Assembly: GCA_963846575.1 (NCBI GenBank)
Contig: CAWJWJ010000002.1
Location: forward strand, 512,001-576,000
From: an uncultured Nitrospiraceae bacterium
GTDB lineage: Bacteria > Nitrospirota > Nitrospiria > Nitrospirales > Nitrospiraceae
DNA: 64,000 nt
Direction of reading: 5' to 3'
This document shows, in pieces, positions 17,899 through 28,616 of the stretch; positions within the stretch are counted from its first letter, which is position 1, and each line of letters begins with the position of its first letter. A program made the translations under genes and the position numbers. The notes beneath the pieces are model-generated. The model was not told the origin of the DNA and did not search any database. It saw only the letters and a program-made list of their open reading frames with translations.

Positions 17899-19161
17899 AT
17901 GTCGAGTGAGGAGCCAGGTTTAAGCGTTAGTCGTGGATGGCGTCTGATCACCACGAGAGACTTCGGGTTGCTCTGGTGGGGACAAACCACCTCCCAGATC
18001 GGTGAAGGTCTTAATAAGGTCGCCCTTCTATGGTTTGTCTATGATCTGACGGACTCGGTCATGAAAATGACCATGGTGGGACTGTTACAGACCATTCCCC
18101 CATTGTTGTTTGGTCCGATGATCGGAGTTTACCTGGATCGCCTGCCCAAGAAGCCGGTGATGGTATGGGTGGATGTGGCTCGTGCGCTTCTGACATTTCT
18201 TATCCCAGCCTTGTATGCGGCGAATCTCCTCTCCATCGAAGTCTTATATGGCCTCATTTTTTTCACGTCCGTGGTATCGACTGCATTCGGTCCCGCCTTG
18301 GTCTCGGCTGTTCCCTTGCTGGTCCGGCCGTCTGAACTCATGTCGGCCAACGCGCTCATTCAAGGCACGAATAATATCGGCATGTTGCTGGGGCCGGCGA
18401 TCAGCGGAATCATGATCGCAATGATCAACGCCGAAAATGTACTGTTCGTCAACTCCGCAACGTTCTTGGTTTCGGCGATCTGCCTAATGCCTATCCGGTT
18501 CTCCCTGCCGCAAGTTCGAGCGGCGGACGGGTCATCGTCGGTGTGGGAGGAGCTGAAAACCGGATTCCGCTTCGTGTTCGGTCAACAATCGATGGTGCTC
18601 ACCCTGGTCATCATTTCCTCCCTGTACAATCTCGGAGTCAGCGCCTTTGTTTTCATACTCCCCGTGTACGCAAAGGAGTTCTTGCAGGTAGGACCGGTGC
18701 AACTGGGGTGGCTCTGGTCCGCCCTCGGGGTGGGAATGTTGGCGGCCTCGACCTGGCTGGCGTGGAAAAAACACAGTGACATGCAGGATCGATTGCGTAT
18801 TGTTGTGGCTGGCATGACGATCGGGGGAATTGCGGTGGGCAGTTTAAGTTTACTCGAGACGCCCTTGGTCGCGGCGGGCGTCGTCATTATTGTGGGCGGC
18901 AGCACGGCTGTGCTTAATCCTATAGTGTGGGCGCTTTTGCAGGAAGTGACGCCGGCCCATCTTATCGGTCGGGTGCTCACGACCTTCAGCGTGGGGTCGA
19001 TGGCCTCTGCCATGGCAGGCATGACGGGCTTCGGATGGATGACGGAGACGGTCGGTCCCGCAGCGAGCTTGATAGGGCTTGGCCTGGTCCTGCTCATCAC
19101 TGCAGGGGTCGCGATGCAATGTACGTACAGCACGAATGGAGTTCGTGTGGCGACCGCGTGA
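17899..19161 (+). CDS. MFS transporter (DHA3/MFS_3-like)
   Basis: About 12 TM; GVYLDRLPKK motif; AGGAGG RBS. Confidence 0.9.
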   Translation: MSSEEPGLSVSRGWRLITTRDFGLLWWGQTTSQIGEGLNKVALLWFVYDLTDSVMKMTMVGLLQTIPPLLFGPMIGVYLDRLPKKPVMVWVDVARALLTFLIPALYAANLLSIEVLYGLIFFTSVVSTAFGPALVSAVPLLVRPSELMSANALIQGTNNIGMLLGPAISGIMIAMINAENVLFVNSATFLVSAICLMPIRFSLPQVRAADGSSSVWEELKTGFRFVFGQQSMVLTLVIISSLYNLGVSAFVFILPVYAKEFLQVGPVQLGWLWSALGVGMLAASTWLAWKKHSDMQDRLRIVVAGMTIGGIAVGSLSLLETPLVAAGVVIIVGGSTAVLNPIVWALLQEVTPAHLIGRVLTTFSVGSMASAMAGMTGFGWMTETVGPAASLIGLGLVLLITAGVAMQCTYSTNGVRVATA

Positions 19162-19250
19162 TGGACCGTAGATACGCATATTCGCCTGCATTGAGGGCGG
19201 GTTATTCAGACCTGCCGGCGGGCAGCCTCTGGCGAATGGAAGGATGATGC

Positions 19251-20573
19251 GTGGCACGCTATCAGGGACCCCCCATTCTGATCGAGCCGGAAAATGCCGC
19301 GGCACTCCATCTTGACCATATGGCCGCACCCCCCAAGGCAACCCATCGATGGCTGCTCACGCGCGATTTCAGTTTGATGTGGTGGAGCCAGGTCCTGTCG
19401 CAGATCGCCGATGGGGTCAGCAAGCTGGCCTTATTGTGGTTTGTGTATGCGATCACCGGCTCGCCGCTCAAGACTACGATGATCGGGCTCCTGCAGACGC
19501 TGCCACCGATTCTCTTCGGGCCGGTGATTGGCGTCATCGTCGACCGCCTCCCGAAGAAAGCGATCCTGATCGGGAGCGACCTGGCGAGGGGGGTCTTAAT
19601 CGGGCTGATACCCTGCTGGGTATCGGTTGAGAACTTCACTGTCGAATCGCTCTATGTGCTCACCTTCCTCTACGGCCTGGCGACTGCGCTATTTGTTCCC
19701 ACGCTCTCCTCCGCCGTGCCATTCATGGTACGCCGGCCGCAATTTACGGCCGCGAACGCGCTCTTACAAAGCACGACCAGCCTGGGGATCATTATCGGAC
19801 CTGCGCTGAGCGGCATCGGGATCGCGTTTTCAGGCTCGCAAGACGTGCTGTGTCTGAACGCCGTGACCTATTTAGCTTCCGCTGCCTGTCTCATACCGAT
19901 TCACTTGCGAGCAACCGAGCCGGCTCAGACCGACTCTGTAGGCGCGGGGCAGTTGGTCCGGCAGTTGCTCGAAGGATTGCGGTACGCGCTCTTCGCCCAC
20001 CGCAACATATTGATTCTCATCGTGCTGGCCTCGATCTATACCTTCGGTACAGGGGCTTTCACGACCCTCTTTCCGGTCTTCGGGCGGCATATGCTTGGCG
20101 TCGGACCGGTCGAGATCGGATACCTGTGGTCTTGGCTCGGTGTGGGTCTGTTTGTCACCTCACTTGGTTTGATTCGGTTGAGCGGTTTGGGCCTTCGTCA
20201 GCGGCTCTCAGCCATCACGGCATCGTCTGCAATCGCAGGATTGTCCGTGATTGCACTCATCTGGACTCAAGATCTGCGTGTAGCGGCACTGCTCATCGCC
20301 TGCGTTGGAATCGGGTTCGGCGCATGGACGCCTATCGCCTGGGGGATTATTCAAGAGGTCGCGCCTCCGGGAATGGTGGGGCGGGTCATGGCTGTTTATA
20401 CGGCAATTGCTACGGCCACTTCGATGGTGGGCATGAGTTTCTTCGGATGGCTGACTGAATCGTTCGGATCGATGGTCAGCGTGATTGGGATTGGCGGGGT
20501 GATGCTGGTCCTGGCATCGGGAAGCGCCTGGTTTGGTCGGCGGATCCCTGATTCCGAAGGGGAGCGAGCGTAG
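19251..20573 (+). CDS. MFS transporter, paralogue of upstream gene
   Basis: GVIVDRLPKK; clear similarity to 17899-19161. Confidence 0.9.
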   Translation: MARYQGPPILIEPENAAALHLDHMAAPPKATHRWLLTRDFSLMWWSQVLSQIADGVSKLALLWFVYAITGSPLKTTMIGLLQTLPPILFGPVIGVIVDRLPKKAILIGSDLARGVLIGLIPCWVSVENFTVESLYVLTFLYGLATALFVPTLSSAVPFMVRRPQFTAANALLQSTTSLGIIIGPALSGIGIAFSGSQDVLCLNAVTYLASAACLIPIHLRATEPAQTDSVGAGQLVRQLLEGLRYALFAHRNILILIVLASIYTFGTGAFTTLFPVFGRHMLGVGPVEIGYLWSWLGVGLFVTSLGLIRLSGLGLRQRLSAITASSAIAGLSVIALIWTQDLRVAALLIACVGIGFGAWTPIAWGIIQEVAPPGMVGRVMAVYTAIATATSMVGMSFFGWLTESFGSMVSVIGIGGVMLVLASGSAWFGRRIPDSEGERA

Positions 20574-20795
20574 GAGTGGACAGCGCCTTGAACGATCCGA
20601 TGCTACCCGTCAACCCTGTTGGCGGGAATCGTGGTCTGTTTGAGGGACGAGCACCTGAACATGCATGGTGAAATTTGGAGACTCGGATCCTGTGGGGTGC
20701 GAGTACTCCTGTGAAAGCGGGCCGGGAGAGTGGGAGATGCTTGGCCTCCGAACGTTCGTGGCTCTTCGGAGGCCAAGCACTACAGCGTGGCTGTC

Positions 20796-21209
20796 CTAAC
20801 GCTTCCTCGGGTTATCGCGCTCGCAGGTTTCGGTGGCTAACATCCGTTGCCCTGCGGATCCATCCTTCGGAATCCGTGCCATGCAGGCTTCCAGGCTATC
20901 TTCTACACTGCCGGCCGCGACACGGTTGCGAGTCTTCGAGTCGGTTGAGAGAAGTGAAGAACTGATCGCTCCTTCCCGTCGGCAGCTGTCTTCGGCGAGC
21001 ATACGCGTCCCGGGTGTGCCCCCAGCGGGAATACGCGCCAGACAAGCCTGCACCGGGTTTTGGGCAGGCGCAACGGCTTTGGCCGGGGCAGCCGAGGGAG
21101 AGGCCTGTGTGGATCCACTGGTAACCCTCGCCTCATCGGTAGCACAGGCGCTAAGTAGGAACAAGGATAAGGACAAGACAAGAGCACCGGACGACTGCGA
21201 GTACATCAT
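20796..21209 (-). CDS. Lipoprotein with two Cys-pair repeats
   Basis: LSAC lipobox; ACLARIP..RMLAEDSC and ACMARIP..RMLATETC. Confidence 0.75.
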   Translation of the reverse strand: MMYSQSSGALVLSLSLFLLSACATDEARVTSGSTQASPSAAPAKAVAPAQNPVQACLARIPAGGTPGTRMLAEDSCRREGAISSSLLSTDSKTRNRVAAGSVEDSLEACMARIPKDGSAGQRMLATETCERDNPRKR

Positions 21210-21289
21210 TGAACGATCCTCCTTGATCAAGACAATGCCGGCACAGTAGCACAAATCGCCCCTGCCTGGAAACACCTCTGCTCGCCGAC

Positions 21290-22660
21290 TTAAGGATTGG
21301 GTCCGGATCCCTGTCCGAGCAGGGCCAGCCGTGAAGGAATTTGGGTCAGCAGGTCTGGGCGAACTTGGAACACACCCGGAATACGCTGGCCGGTAGCGTA
21401 GATTAGGCCGCCGACCTGCTTACCGAGTGCGAGGCGGCCCACGACCCGTCCGTCCTTACCAGTCGCCACAAACTCCGCCACGGGTGACACCAGTCCGTAG
21501 GGCGTGAGGGGACCGGCTTGTTTCAAGACCCGCTCCTCCGCAGGGAGATTAACGATGCGGCTGACAATGAGGTCTGCAATTTCCTGACGGATCTTGTCCG
21601 TCGGCTGATCCTCGAGGACCCATTCGTTCTGTTGGTGAATCAGCACATACTGCTCGTCCCGTGTTTTGATGGACAGCATTGCGATGTCGCCGCTGTCTAC
21701 GCCCAGTAGCCTTTTGTCTTGCAGCGTGAAGAGGTCTTTGGTGAGGTCCTTAATGACAGAAGGGCTGACTTTGTAGATGGGACCGTCGGCGGCCGTCTGG
21801 GCATAGGCTTCCCCGCTGGCCGGGTCCGGCTGATATAGCCGGATGACTTGGTCGTTGCCGGCGGCGTGCAGCGTAATTTTGACCTTGGGCTTGGTGAGGG
21901 ATGAAATCAGTTTCTCACGTTCTGGTCCGGGATCGACAATGGCCAGGGCCTTCAAATCTTCCAGACGGAAAATCAGGGCTTGGATTTGGGTCCGGTCCCC
22001 CTCGGCCTCGATGGGATAACGGATCTTCCATTTCTTTTTTGGTTTTTCATCCTGGGCGTAGAGCACGATTTCCGTGGTCGGATAGGTGAGGCGGAGCCGC
22101 TCCACATCCTGCTGGGCAAACTGCATCAATTCTTTGCGGCGAAGCGAGAGCAGTGTCTTGTTCAGAAAGTCCTTGGGTGCGAGATCAGTCAGGATGACCG
22201 CTTGGTCGGAGGCCCTGAGCACATAGAGACTGGAGGATAAAGGCCCGGCATCACCGATCGACAGCGTTTCCTGCTGAGCGCCGGTCCCCACCGTCACCAC
22301 CGTGAATGGCCGATCGAGGCCGAATGGCGTCAACGACACCGGATGCTCCTCAACGAGTCTCGTAACTTTGCCCGTGACGAGCGCGCGCAGGAGTCCCTGT
22401 ACCTGTCTCTGATCGGCGCTGGTTTGAATGGGCGATGTGATTGCCCATTCCTGAGCTGGTGCCTGCGTCAGGACGACTTCGCCTGATTGACTCCGAACCG
22501 TTATCGTGGTGATTTCCGCCTCCTTGAACGCCAGAATCTGCCTGGCCTCGGTGGCAGTCGTTTCTTGGGTGCGTTGCTCGGGAAACTCGACGAAATAGAG
22601 ATAGAGTCCGAGACTTGCAAACACGCCCGCCAGTAGTACGGTCGGCCAATAGCGACTCAT
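21290..22660 (-). CDS. DUF4340 domain protein
   Basis: N-terminal anchor, repeated periplasmic units (FGLDRP/YGLVSP), downstream of GldG-like gene. Confidence 0.75.
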   Translation of the reverse strand: MSRYWPTVLLAGVFASLGLYLYFVEFPEQRTQETTATEARQILAFKEAEITTITVRSQSGEVVLTQAPAQEWAITSPIQTSADQRQVQGLLRALVTGKVTRLVEEHPVSLTPFGLDRPFTVVTVGTGAQQETLSIGDAGPLSSSLYVLRASDQAVILTDLAPKDFLNKTLLSLRRKELMQFAQQDVERLRLTYPTTEIVLYAQDEKPKKKWKIRYPIEAEGDRTQIQALIFRLEDLKALAIVDPGPEREKLISSLTKPKVKITLHAAGNDQVIRLYQPDPASGEAYAQTAADGPIYKVSPSVIKDLTKDLFTLQDKRLLGVDSGDIAMLSIKTRDEQYVLIHQQNEWVLEDQPTDKIRQEIADLIVSRIVNLPAEERVLKQAGPLTPYGLVSPVAEFVATGKDGRVVGRLALGKQVGGLIYATGQRIPGVFQVRPDLLTQIPSRLALLGQGSGPNP

Positions 22661-22664
22661 GGCA

Positions 22665-24194
22665 TTACAAACGACGCCGTTTTCGCCAGACCAGGAGGCC
22701 GCAGAGGACGGTCATCGTGGGCAGGAGAATGACCTGGACGTAAAGCAGAATGCGTTCCTGGAGCGGATTGGGCGTGAAGGGTCGGAACGCAGGATCTTTG
22801 GGCGTAAGAGAAATGATATCCCCTTCTTCCGTGAGCCATCCAACCGTGCGCTGAAAGAAATCGCTGTTCCCGACGAAGTTGATAAACCCGTTGCTGGCGA
22901 ATGAGGAGTTTCCGACGACAACCAAGGCCGGACGGGGTTTGCCTTCTTCAGGAGCTTGTTTCGGAGTCAATGCCGCCGCCAGTGCGAGAGGACCTTGTAT
23001 GTCCTCCTTCTCGGTGTAACTGACGACTCGACCCTTCATGTCAGTCTCGGCCCAACTGCGGGGCGATGTGCGCGCAAGCGGGACATAGTCCCAATCCTTT
23101 CCCTTTTCTTCATGGAAGACCAGATGACGAGCCAGCGGAAACAGGACGGCGGCTGTCAATTCATGGGTAATTTCATGGTCGGTGAAGGTGCGGACCAGAA
23201 GGGCGGTCAGATCGCCTTGTGCCAGTCGATCTTGTAAATCCACCAGCACGCCAGGGCCCAGTTCCATGCCCCAAGTATTCAGCAGATCATCCATGCCGGC
23301 CTGTGTGTCAGGATCCACCAGGACGAGCAGGCGACCACCCTTGGCGACATAGGTTCGAATGCGGTCCTTCTCTTCCTTAGTTACTGCTCGGCGCGGTCCG
23401 GCGATGATCAGTAAGGCCGCATTCTCAGGGACGACGGATTCCTGAAGCAGAGACAATGTACCGATCTCGTATCCCTGTTTTTCCAACACTTCTTTTGTCA
23501 GCGCCAATCCGCCCCGGTCCTTGTCGTCCAGACTCCGCTCACCATGACCCTCCAGGAACAGGATTCTTTTTTTTGTATCCTTGGAGACACGGACGAGAGC
23601 GCCGGTGATTTCCACCTCCGCCGGGGAGGTGATGCGCACCGACTGCGGGCCGCTTTCGAAAATGGCGATGTCGGTCCTCGTGATGCCGTAATTCTGCGCT
23701 ACCTTGGGTTGGCGTTCCGGATCGATGAATTGCACGGTCAGTTTGGAGCTGGCCTGTTTATAACTATCGAAGCGTTCCTTGTAGGCCTGGTAGCCGGGAT
23801 CCTTCTCTCTCGTGAAGACCGTGACACTGACGTCTCGGGTCAGGTTCCGAAGCACGCGATGGGTTTCAGGAGCGAGCGTGTAGTTCTGATTCTCGGAAAA
23901 ATCCCAGCGGGTCGAATGGCGCGTGCCGAGGAAGTTGATGATCGCGAGAATAGCCACAAAGAGGGCAATCATGAGCGCGCTATTCGCGCCAAGACGAGTT
24001 GAGCGTTGGGCGGAGAAAGTCTTCAGGCGGTGGAAATGGTTCGCAAAAAACCAAATGAGGCAGACCAGCGCCGACGCTTCCAGCATCGTGACGAGCCAGA
24101 GCATTCCGGGCACAAGAGAGTAGGCTATCAAGCCGGCCACGGCCAGTCCGATCCCTAGGGCGCCCACGGGAATGGTGCGGCGCGTTACTTCCAT
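22665..24194 (-). CDS. GldG-like ABC transporter auxiliary component
   Basis: RWDFSEN.YTL, FLEGHGE, N- and C-terminal TM segments. Confidence 0.8.
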   Translation of the reverse strand: MEVTRRTIPVGALGIGLAVAGLIAYSLVPGMLWLVTMLEASALVCLIWFFANHFHRLKTFSAQRSTRLGANSALMIALFVAILAIINFLGTRHSTRWDFSENQNYTLAPETHRVLRNLTRDVSVTVFTREKDPGYQAYKERFDSYKQASSKLTVQFIDPERQPKVAQNYGITRTDIAIFESGPQSVRITSPAEVEITGALVRVSKDTKKRILFLEGHGERSLDDKDRGGLALTKEVLEKQGYEIGTLSLLQESVVPENAALLIIAGPRRAVTKEEKDRIRTYVAKGGRLLVLVDPDTQAGMDDLLNTWGMELGPGVLVDLQDRLAQGDLTALLVRTFTDHEITHELTAAVLFPLARHLVFHEEKGKDWDYVPLARTSPRSWAETDMKGRVVSYTEKEDIQGPLALAAALTPKQAPEEGKPRPALVVVGNSSFASNGFINFVGNSDFFQRTVGWLTEEGDIISLTPKDPAFRPFTPNPLQERILLYVQVILLPTMTVLCGLLVWRKRRRL

Positions 24195-24955
24195 CGGGCA
24201 GAATCCACAACACGCTGGGCGAGGAATAACATCAAGACAGTGCCGCTTCCGTAATAGATCAGGTCTTTGGTGTCGATCAACCCGCGGACGAGATGGTCGA
24301 AGTGTTCCATAAACGATAGATAAGAGACGACATGGCCCGCTGGGGTATCGCCCAGGAGTGAGCCGAGACCGGAGAGGAGCCAGCACATCAGGAGCAGGCC
24401 AAAACTGGTAAAGGCGGCTACGATTTGATTCTCAGTGATGGATGAAGAAAACAAACCCACCGCGAGGAACAACCCTCCGAGGAGTGTCAGCCCCAGATAC
24501 CCGGTCAGGACGGGATACCAGTCGAAATCGCTAAAAAGAGCCAAGGTGAGCGGGACGAGTGCTGTCATTAGCAGCATCCCGAGAAACACAAGATAGACGC
24601 TCACGAACTTTCCGACAATAATGTCGCTGATACGCAGCGGAGCGGTCATCAGGAATTCGAAGGTGCGCAGTTTTCGCTCTTCCGCGAGGAGGCGCATCGT
24701 CAAGATAGGCAGGATCAACAGCAGGACGAATCGCATGCTGGTAAACAGGTTGCGAAACACCAGGTCGTTCAGGTTGATCTGCGCCGTACCACCCTGCATT
24801 TGCATCAATTGAATGGCCTGAGCTCCGGTAAAAACGATATAGAGGTAAGCCAGGAAACCAAAGGTCAGAAGAAAGACTCCGGCCACCACGTACACGATCG
24901 GAGAAACGAAGTAGGAGCGCAGTTCCTTTGCGATTATGGCTTGAACGGGTGTCAT
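24185..24955 (-). CDS. ABC-2 permease (GldF-like)
   Basis: KELRSYFVSP, EERKLRTFEFLMTAP. Confidence 0.88.
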   Translation of the reverse strand: MTPVQAIIAKELRSYFVSPIVYVVAGVFLLTFGFLAYLYIVFTGAQAIQLMQMQGGTAQINLNDLVFRNLFTSMRFVLLLILPILTMRLLAEERKLRTFEFLMTAPLRISDIIVGKFVSVYLVFLGMLLMTALVPLTLALFSDFDWYPVLTGYLGLTLLGGLFLAVGLFSSSITENQIVAAFTSFGLLLMCWLLSGLGSLLGDTPAGHVVSYLSFMEHFDHLVRGLIDTKDLIYYGSGTVLMLFLAQRVVDSARWK

Positions 24956-25923
24956 CAGTGCTGGTTAATCTCTGTGGTGGGAGCCGGCTGCGACAAGCCG
25001 TCTTCATGTTGAGTGAGCCGGAGGAAGACGTCCTCCAAGGTCATAGAGACCGGCTTCATTTCGAGCAGTCCCCATTCGTGGTTGACGGCGAAACGGGCCA
25101 CTTCTTCTCGGATATCCTTGCCCAGGGCACACTCGATAAGGACCGTCTGAGGATCGGACGTCGTCAGCACGTGTTCCACTCCGGCAACCCCTCGCAACTG
25201 CTCGAGTAGATCGACGGGCGGCGTTTTTACCGTGATACTGATTTTCTCCGACCGCCGTAATCTGGCCGAGAGCTGGTCCGGCGTGTCTTCGGCGACAATG
25301 CGTCCACCGTTGATGATCACCACACGTTGGCAGACTGCTGTGGCCTCGGGAAGTATATGAGTGCTCAAAATGACGGAGTGCGAACCCGCCAGGCTTTTGA
25401 TCAGTTCGCGGATCTCAATAATCTGTTTGGGGTCCAAGCCGACCGTGGGCTCATCCAAAATCAGCACAGGCGGATCGTGGATCAACGCTTGGGCCAGGCC
25501 GACTCGTTGTCGATATCCGCGCGATAAATTGGCGATGAGGCGTTGCCGCACGGATCCTAACGACAGCCGATCCATCACACGATCCATGCCGGCAGTGAGA
25601 CCGGCTCCGCTGAGACCGCGCACCCTCCCGACAAAGGAGAGATACTCAAAGACGGTAAGCTCCTGATACACCGGCGGTGTTTCCGGCAGATACCCGATTC
25701 GTTTCTTGACCTCATCGGATTGGTCCGCACAGTCGAATCCTGCGACATGCGCCGACCCTTCTGTTGCCGGCATGAAGCAGGTGAGAATGCGCATGGTCGT
25801 CGTTTTCCCTGCACCGTTCGGGCCCAGGAACGCCAGCACCTCACCTTTTTCCACGCGAAAGCTCACGCGGTCAATCGCAGTGAGATTCCCATACCGTTTC
25901 GTAATATTGCGAACTTCGATCAT
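24955..25923 (-). CDS. ABC ATP-binding protein (GldA-like)
   Basis: GPNGAGKT, LSRGYRQR, LDEPT. Confidence 0.93.
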   Translation of the reverse strand: MIEVRNITKRYGNLTAIDRVSFRVEKGEVLAFLGPNGAGKTTTMRILTCFMPATEGSAHVAGFDCADQSDEVKKRIGYLPETPPVYQELTVFEYLSFVGRVRGLSGAGLTAGMDRVMDRLSLGSVRQRLIANLSRGYRQRVGLAQALIHDPPVLILDEPTVGLDPKQIIEIRELIKSLAGSHSVILSTHILPEATAVCQRVVIINGGRIVAEDTPDQLSARLRRSEKISITVKTPPVDLLEQLRGVAGVEHVLTTSDPQTVLIECALGKDIREEVARFAVNHEWGLLEMKPVSMTLEDVFLRLTQHEDGLSQPAPTTEINQH

Positions 25924-26147
25924 GCAGTCGAAAGAATGGCTGGACGGGTCTGAGTTCTGCTGTTCGTTGATTAAGACGTGGCGCGGCAAACCGGCGCTGA
26001 TCTTAACGGTCGCTTACGGTCCAGTCAAGAGACGCGTCTCCCTCATTGCCTGGGGGAGGGGGAGGCCTTCGTTTGGCTTTACAGGGTGATTGGTAACTGC
26101 TAAAGTTCCGCGACTTTTCTGTCAGGGTTCGCCAGACGACGGATGAG

Positions 26148-26519
26148 GTGAGGATGATTCAGTCGCGATCCAGTTTGCTCGGGGCGTTGGTGATTGGCGC
26201 GGTTCTCTGCGTGGTTGCCGCAGGTCTTAGCAGCTTTCTGAGTTCAGTCTATGCTGCCAGCAATACCGTGCATGAATTTAGAGGTACGGTGCGGTCTGTC
26301 AGTCCAGGGGAGACCCCTCCGGTCATCGTCGTTACCAGCCTTTATGGGTCCAAGGAAGAAGTCGTGGTAGGCGCGATCGTCAAGCAAGGCGCCCATGTTT
26401 TGCGCGGGAAAAGAAAGGTCGGCCTTGATCAGATTCATCCGGGGGACGACGTGACCTTGAAATACGTCAAGACCCGTGAGGGTTTGTCCGTTCGATCTAT
26501 TGTGCTCCACCGAAAGTAG
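26148..26519 (+). CDS. Hypothetical exported protein
   Basis: Signal-like N-terminus, beta-rich small domain; start uncertain. Confidence 0.65.
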   Translation: MRMIQSRSSLLGALVIGAVLCVVAAGLSSFLSSVYAASNTVHEFRGTVRSVSPGETPPVIVVTSLYGSKEEVVVGAIVKQGAHVLRGKRKVGLDQIHPGDDVTLKYVKTREGLSVRSIVLHRK

Positions 26520-26543
26520 ATAGCTAACTGGTCACGCCGTGGT

Positions 26544-27230
26544 GTGGTCATGAGGAGGAAAAGATATTCTATGATTCGACATGACGGGGCGAAGGGTATG
26601 ACTGCGTCGGTTGTGGTGGGGTTGCTGTTTCTTTGCGGATGTTCAGGAAAAAGCGACGTCATTCCGATGAACCTGAACCCTACGCCTTCTATTATGGATG
26701 GCAGTGCCAGTCAGATGGGGAAGGCGATGTCGGGACCCCGGGTTACAGTCATTCCATTTCAAGATGGGCGGGCTGATCCAAGTAAAGTCGGCAGCAGGAC
26801 TTCATTGTGGGGCGGAGAAAGCTATTTTAATGTCGCGGGTGGCAGTGCAGGAGAGGCAACGGCTCAGGCATTCGTCGATTATTTGAAGGGCAGGGGGTGG
26901 CAGGCTCAATACGCGAAAAGCGAACCGCCCCAGGCAGAAGATGGCCCAGACATTATTTTGTCCGGTAAAATCCTGGATCTAGCAGTCGAGGCGAAAAAGG
27001 GCGTGTTGCTTACGGATATCGAGGCGAAAAGTAAGCTGGTTATTCAGGCAAGCAATCGGCAGGATAACAGTTCTCTGACAAGAACGGATGCGCATTCAGG
27101 TAGTCATGACAATGTGTTGTGGTTTGAACCGCAGGATGGCGAGCAGATTCTTTCCGAAGTGTTGGAAAAGAATTTTGAGCGATTTGTCGTCAACACCAAG
27201 TTTGAGGATCGGGCCATTCGGTTCCGCTAA
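26544..27230 (+). CDS. Hypothetical lipoprotein
   Basis: LCGC lipobox; true start probably somewhat downstream. Confidence 0.7.
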   Translation: MVMRRKRYSMIRHDGAKGMTASVVVGLLFLCGCSGKSDVIPMNLNPTPSIMDGSASQMGKAMSGPRVTVIPFQDGRADPSKVGSRTSLWGGESYFNVAGGSAGEATAQAFVDYLKGRGWQAQYAKSEPPQAEDGPDIILSGKILDLAVEAKKGVLLTDIEAKSKLVIQASNRQDNSSLTRTDAHSGSHDNVLWFEPQDGEQILSEVLEKNFERFVVNTKFEDRAIRFR

Positions 27231-27562
27231 ACTCTGTCCGTACCCTCGTGGCCAAGGCCTACTCTCAGGTTGTCTTGTTCTAACTGGCCGCTCGGTTCAG
27301 GCCGGGCTATGCACATACGGGACCCGGGCCGATCTGTCCCCCCTCGACCTGAGGCGGCATGTCGTTGTATCACTGGTACATGACATTCGGTGACACGTCG
27401 GCTTAGATCTCAGGGAAGGGCGGATTGTTTGCTCGTATGTAGGGGAGCTTGCCTACCCTAGATGGTATTGTCGCGAAGCGGGATACTCCGTAGCCTGAAA
27501 CTACCTTGTACGACGGCGGTTGGACAGCTCTAGACGTTCAGGCTTACACACGAGGTACTTCC

Positions 27563-28222
27563 ATGAACCAAGCAATCAGAAGCGCTTTTCACGGTAGGAC
27601 TGGATTAGCGGTAGTTCCCATGGCCGCTTGCCTATTCTTGAGTGCTTGTTCTTCCTTGCCGAAGGGCGAACTCCCTCTGGATCTCGGGATCAAGGATCGT
27701 GGAATCGCCTCGTGGTACGGGAAGGAGTTCCATGGGAAGCTCGCTGCGAATGGGGAAGTATTTGATATGATGGCCTATACGGCCGCCCATCGCAAATTAC
27801 CTCTTGGCAGTATCGTGCAGGTCATTAATCTAGAGAATGGAAGATCCGTTCAGGTTCGTATCAACGATCGCGGTCCTTATGTTCCAGGTCGAATGTTGGA
27901 TCTGTCCCAAGCAGCAGCTCGAGAACTTGGCATGGTGGAAGCTGGTACTACTGCTGTGCAGATTGAGGTGATGGCGAACCACCGCGTCGTCGCCCCCGTT
28001 CCCGCTGGGGAGATTTCCGCTGTCGCTGGTATGCTCCTGAACAGAGAGATGCGTCCGGTTAGACAGCGAAGCCGGACGACGGATGGGTTCGAGGTGCCAG
28101 CCGCTCCTGTCCGAATGATGCCTCAAGAGGCATTGTATGTGCGGCGTGAACGCCGTATTGCTAGCATGCTTGCCGCGGATCATACGGCGCACAATACCGT
28201 TCCTGTGTTGATCGTCTCCTAG
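27563..28222 (+). CDS. rlpA: Septal ring lytic transglycosylase RlpA family lipoprotein
   Basis: LSAC lipobox; GIASWYG, TAAHRKLP, RINDRGP motifs. Confidence 0.9.
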   Translation: MNQAIRSAFHGRTGLAVVPMAACLFLSACSSLPKGELPLDLGIKDRGIASWYGKEFHGKLAANGEVFDMMAYTAAHRKLPLGSIVQVINLENGRSVQVRINDRGPYVPGRMLDLSQAAARELGMVEAGTTAVQIEVMANHRVVAPVPAGEISAVAGMLLNREMRPVRQRSRTTDGFEVPAAPVRMMPQEALYVRRERRIASMLAADHTAHNTVPVLIVS

Positions 28223-28350
28223 ATAAGGAACGCTACCCGCGTCAGTTGACACTCTCGTAGGCACTTGATTAGACTGCCCTCTTAGGGGGATGACGTTGAC
28301 ATCGTCATTCTGCATTTTTATTGATTTAACTGTTGGAGGCTAAAGGCTGC

Positions 28351-28554
28351 ATGGCAAAGAAACCGACCGGCGAGTCAGATGAAACCCGCCTCAAAAAGAA
28401 AATTTCGGTGCGGCTACAAGATGAGAAAAAACTTTCAGGGGATTCTGCTGCGCGTGCCTTGCGAAAGCGACTCAAGCGAGTGCAGCGTAAACGTCGCGCA
28501 ATCTCTTCGCGAAAGAAACATGCAGCGGGGAGTCAGGCTGAGACCAAAGCCTAG
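28351..28554 (+). CDS. Small basic hypothetical protein
   Basis: K/R-rich 67 aa; GGAGG upstream; candidate promoter TTGACA-18-TAGACT at 28246-28275. Confidence 0.6.
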   Translation: MAKKPTGESDETRLKKKISVRLQDEKKLSGDSAARALRKRLKRVQRKRRAISSRKKHAAGSQAETKA

Positions 28555-28616
28555 TCGGATCCTGCTTCGGTCGTGATGACGCTCTCCATTTCCGTGCGTA
28601 ATTAAGGAAGATTGCA

